Below, in pieces: positions 61,644 through 64,000 of a stretch of DNA of 64,000 nucleotides. The first letter of the stretch is position 1. Every line of letters starts with the position of its first letter. This DNA comes from Cypionkella sp. GTDB taxonomy: Bacteria > Pseudomonadota > Alphaproteobacteria > Rhodobacterales > Rhodobacteraceae. Location of the stretch: assembly GCA_025458085.1 (NCBI GenBank), contig JALOTC010000001.1, positions 1,808-65,807 on the forward strand, given 5' to 3'. The notes below the pieces were generated by a model. That model was not told the DNA's origin, did no database searches, and saw only the letters and a list, made by a program, of their open reading frames with translations. A program made the position numbers and the translations under genes.

Positions 61644-62936
61644 ATGCCATTTGAAGTCCTTGGTCAGTCCCCCCGTAGAATTGCCGTGATCGGGGGGGGG
61701 ATTTCTGGCATGTCAGCCGCCCATATGCTCGCCGATGGGAACAGTGTTGTTCTGTTTGAGTCGGAAGGTCGCCTTGGTGGCCACGCCCGGACCGTGATCG
61801 CAGGCAAGCGGGGCGACCAGCCGGTCGATACCGGCTTTATCGTGTTCAATCGGGTGAATTATCCCCACCTTGTGCGGCTGTTTGAAAAGCTCGATGTGCC
61901 TGTGACCGAAAGCAACATGAGCTTTTGCGCCAGTATTGGTGGCGGGCGGATCGAATATGGGCTGGCCAGCCTTGATACGCTGTTTGCGCAGCGCAAGAAC
62001 CTGTTGAACCCGCGCTTCCTTGGCATGTTGACCGATATCATGCGGTTCAACAAACATGCCGCCGATGTGGCCAAGCCCGGCATGGTGATCCGCGATCTTC
62101 TTGCCGCGCTTGGCACCGGCGATTACTTCCGTGATTACTACATCACCCCGTTTTCCGGGGCGATCTGGTCCACGCCGACAAAGGGTATTCTTGATTTCCC
62201 GGCGGATGCGCTGATCAGCTTTTTCCGCAATCACCATCTGATGCAGGCCGATGGGCAGCATCAGTGGTACACGGTGCAGGGCGGATCGATCCAATATGTG
62301 AGCCGTCTGCAGCAGGCCATGCAGCGCCAAGGCGTCGATATCCGTCTGGGCGCGCCCATCGCCGGCGTGCAGCGCACCGACGAAGGTGTGCTGGTCCGCG
62401 CGCAGGGGGGGGAGTGGGAGCTTTTTGACGACGTCGTCTTTGGCACCCATTCCGATGTGACGCTATCGCTTCTGTCCGACCCTTCGCCTGCCGAACGCGC
62501 GGCCTTGGGGGCTGTGCGCTATCAACCCAACGAAGCGATCCTGCATTGCGACGAAAGCTTCATGCCCAAGGCGCGCAAGGTCTGGTCCTCTTGGGCCTAT
62601 GTGGAACCCAAGGGCGGGCCGGGGGAACGGATCGACCTGACCTATTGGATGAACAGCCTTCAGCCGATCCCCAAGGACGACCCGCATTTCGTGACACTGA
62701 ATGCCAACCGCCCCGTGCGCGAGGATTGTATCTACGACACGGTGACTTTCCACCATCCCGTCTATGATACGGCTGCCTTGATGGCGCAGTCCACCATCCG
62801 GGCGATGAACGGCACGCGGAACACATGGTTCTGCGGGGCATGGATGAAGAATGGCTTCCACGAAGACGGCATCGGCAGCGCCGTCGATGTGGTGGAGGCG
62901 ATGAAGAGCCGCGCGGCAGAACAGGTGGCAGCATGA
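61644..62936 (+). CDS. FAD-dependent oxidoreductase (RSP_1091/UfaD-like fatty acyl desaturase)
   Basis: GGGISG, RLGGH, VDTGFIVFN, GFHEDG; divergent from rpoE as in R. sphaeroides. Confidence 0.85.
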   Translation: MPFEVLGQSPRRIAVIGGGISGMSAAHMLADGNSVVLFESEGRLGGHARTVIAGKRGDQPVDTGFIVFNRVNYPHLVRLFEKLDVPVTESNMSFCASIGGGRIEYGLASLDTLFAQRKNLLNPRFLGMLTDIMRFNKHAADVAKPGMVIRDLLAALGTGDYFRDYYITPFSGAIWSTPTKGILDFPADALISFFRNHHLMQADGQHQWYTVQGGSIQYVSRLQQAMQRQGVDIRLGAPIAGVQRTDEGVLVRAQGGEWELFDDVVFGTHSDVTLSLLSDPSPAERAALGAVRYQPNEAILHCDESFMPKARKVWSSWAYVEPKGGPGERIDLTYWMNSLQPIPKDDPHFVTLNANRPVREDCIYDTVTFHHPVYDTAALMAQSTIRAMNGTRNTWFCGAWMKNGFHEDGIGSAVDVVEAMKSRAAEQVAA

Positions 62937-63700
62937 ACGCGGGCAACAGCAGTGTCGACCTGATCCGCGGCGAGACGTTTCATGGCCGCAAAGGGCCGGT
63001 CAAGAACGACTTCCGCTATACCGTGGATTACGTCATGCTGCAGCCCGACCATGCGGCAGGCCCGGCGCTGTTTTCGCGCAACAAGGCCAATCTGTTTTCG
63101 GTGCAAGACAGCGATCATGGCGGCCCCCCCGGCAAGGGGCGCGGCACGGCTTGGGTGCGCGAGGTTCTGGCGGCCCATGGGCTTGAACCACCGGCGCGGA
63201 TCGAACTTCTGGCGCAGCCGCGGGTGATGGGCCATTGCTTCAACCCGGTCAGCTTCTGGCTGTCCTATGACATTTTGGGCCACCTGCGCGCGGTGATAGC
63301 CGAGGTGACGAACACCTATGGCGACCGCCATTCCTATCTGGCCCATCATGAAGACAATCGCCCGATCACCCGTGAGGATACGCTGGAAGCGCGGAAGATC
63401 TTTTACGTCTCTCCTTTTCAGCCGGTTGAGGGGGGCTATCGCTTCCGCTTTGACGTCCGCCCGGAACGGGTGGGCATCTGGATCGACTATACCGATGGCA
63501 AGGGTGGGGGGCTTTTCACCAATCTGATCGGCCCGCGCGTCGCGCTGACCAATGGGGCGATCCTGCGCGCCTGCCTGCGGCGGCCCTTCGGGTCGCGGCG
63601 GGTGCTGGCGCTGATCCATTGGCAGGCGGCAAAGCTATGGTGGAAGGGCGTGACCTTCCGCAACCGCCCCACGCCCCCGCCCGAGGAAGTGACGAAATGA
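62933..63700 (+). CDS. DUF1365-family protein (RSP_1090/UfaO-like)
   Basis: FNPVSFW, AEVTNTYG, FYVSPF, IHWQAAKLW. Confidence 0.85.
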   Translation: MNAGNSSVDLIRGETFHGRKGPVKNDFRYTVDYVMLQPDHAAGPALFSRNKANLFSVQDSDHGGPPGKGRGTAWVREVLAAHGLEPPARIELLAQPRVMGHCFNPVSFWLSYDILGHLRAVIAEVTNTYGDRHSYLAHHEDNRPITREDTLEARKIFYVSPFQPVEGGYRFRFDVRPERVGIWIDYTDGKGGGLFTNLIGPRVALTNGAILRACLRRPFGSRRVLALIHWQAAKLWWKGVTFRNRPTPPPEEVTK

Positions 63701-64000
63701 CCGCCCTCCCGACGCTGGCGCCCCGCGTCGGGCTGTGGCCGTGGTCCGTCTTTGCCGCGATGATCGCGGCGGCGGGTCTGCCAATCTATATCCACGCGCC
63801 CAAATTCTATGTCGATAGCTACGGTGTCAGCCTTGCCGCGCTTGGCGGGGTTCTGGCCCTGCTGCGACTGGTGGATGTGGTGCAAGACCCGCTTCTGGGC
63901 TGGTTGGCCGAGGCCGGGCGAAAGTTTCGCGCGGCGCTGGTTGCGGGGGCGGCGCTTCTGATGGCGCTGTCCATGATCGGGCTTTTTGCCATCGCCCCAC
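63697..64000 (+). CDS. MFS transporter (partial, runs off the window)
   Basis: GLPIYIHAPKFY...RLVDVVQDPLLGWL; ATG overlaps the upstream stop. Confidence 0.8.
   Translation, partial: MTALPTLAPRVGLWPWSVFAAMIAAAGLPIYIHAPKFYVDSYGVSLAALGGVLALLRLVDVVQDPLLGWLAEAGRKFRAALVAGAALLMALSMIGLFAIAP

Overview
A GC-rich alphaproteobacterial chromosome segment, almost certainly Rhodobacteraceae (petABC, petP/petR, rpoE-chrR with the divergent ufaD/ufaO-like operon). Most of it is housekeeping: mtgA, dxs-ispA-xseB, ilvE, queG, aroC, tRNA-Val(GAC), rpmJ, petABC, a TPP riboswitch with thiBPQ, amn, cysD-cysNC, dinB, dadA, pyrF, clpB, rmuC-mutL, an M16 peptidase pair, lspA, purH and two saccharopine dehydrogenases. 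No CRISPR array, integrase or transposase was seen. The most interesting locus is at the left edge and is missing from the ORF track. A gene at <1..1122 (-) encodes an HPr-kinase-like P-loop kinase fused to a C-terminal PqqD/RRE-like domain. It lies directly behind a 113-aa peptide with a twin-arginine signal, a lasso-type YxxP leader motif and five Ser-rich (N)SGPS(R) repeats, under an ECF-type promoter. This is a candidate undescribed kinase-modified, exported RiPP-like system. A second accessory cluster (SGNH, SGNH-glycoside hydrolase fusion, GT2) may modify a polysaccharide. Seven short internal deletions (rpmJ, amn, dadA, three in clpB, rmuC) are most likely assembly or gap-collapse artefacts rather than biology. 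All calls come from reading motifs by eye; no database searches were run.
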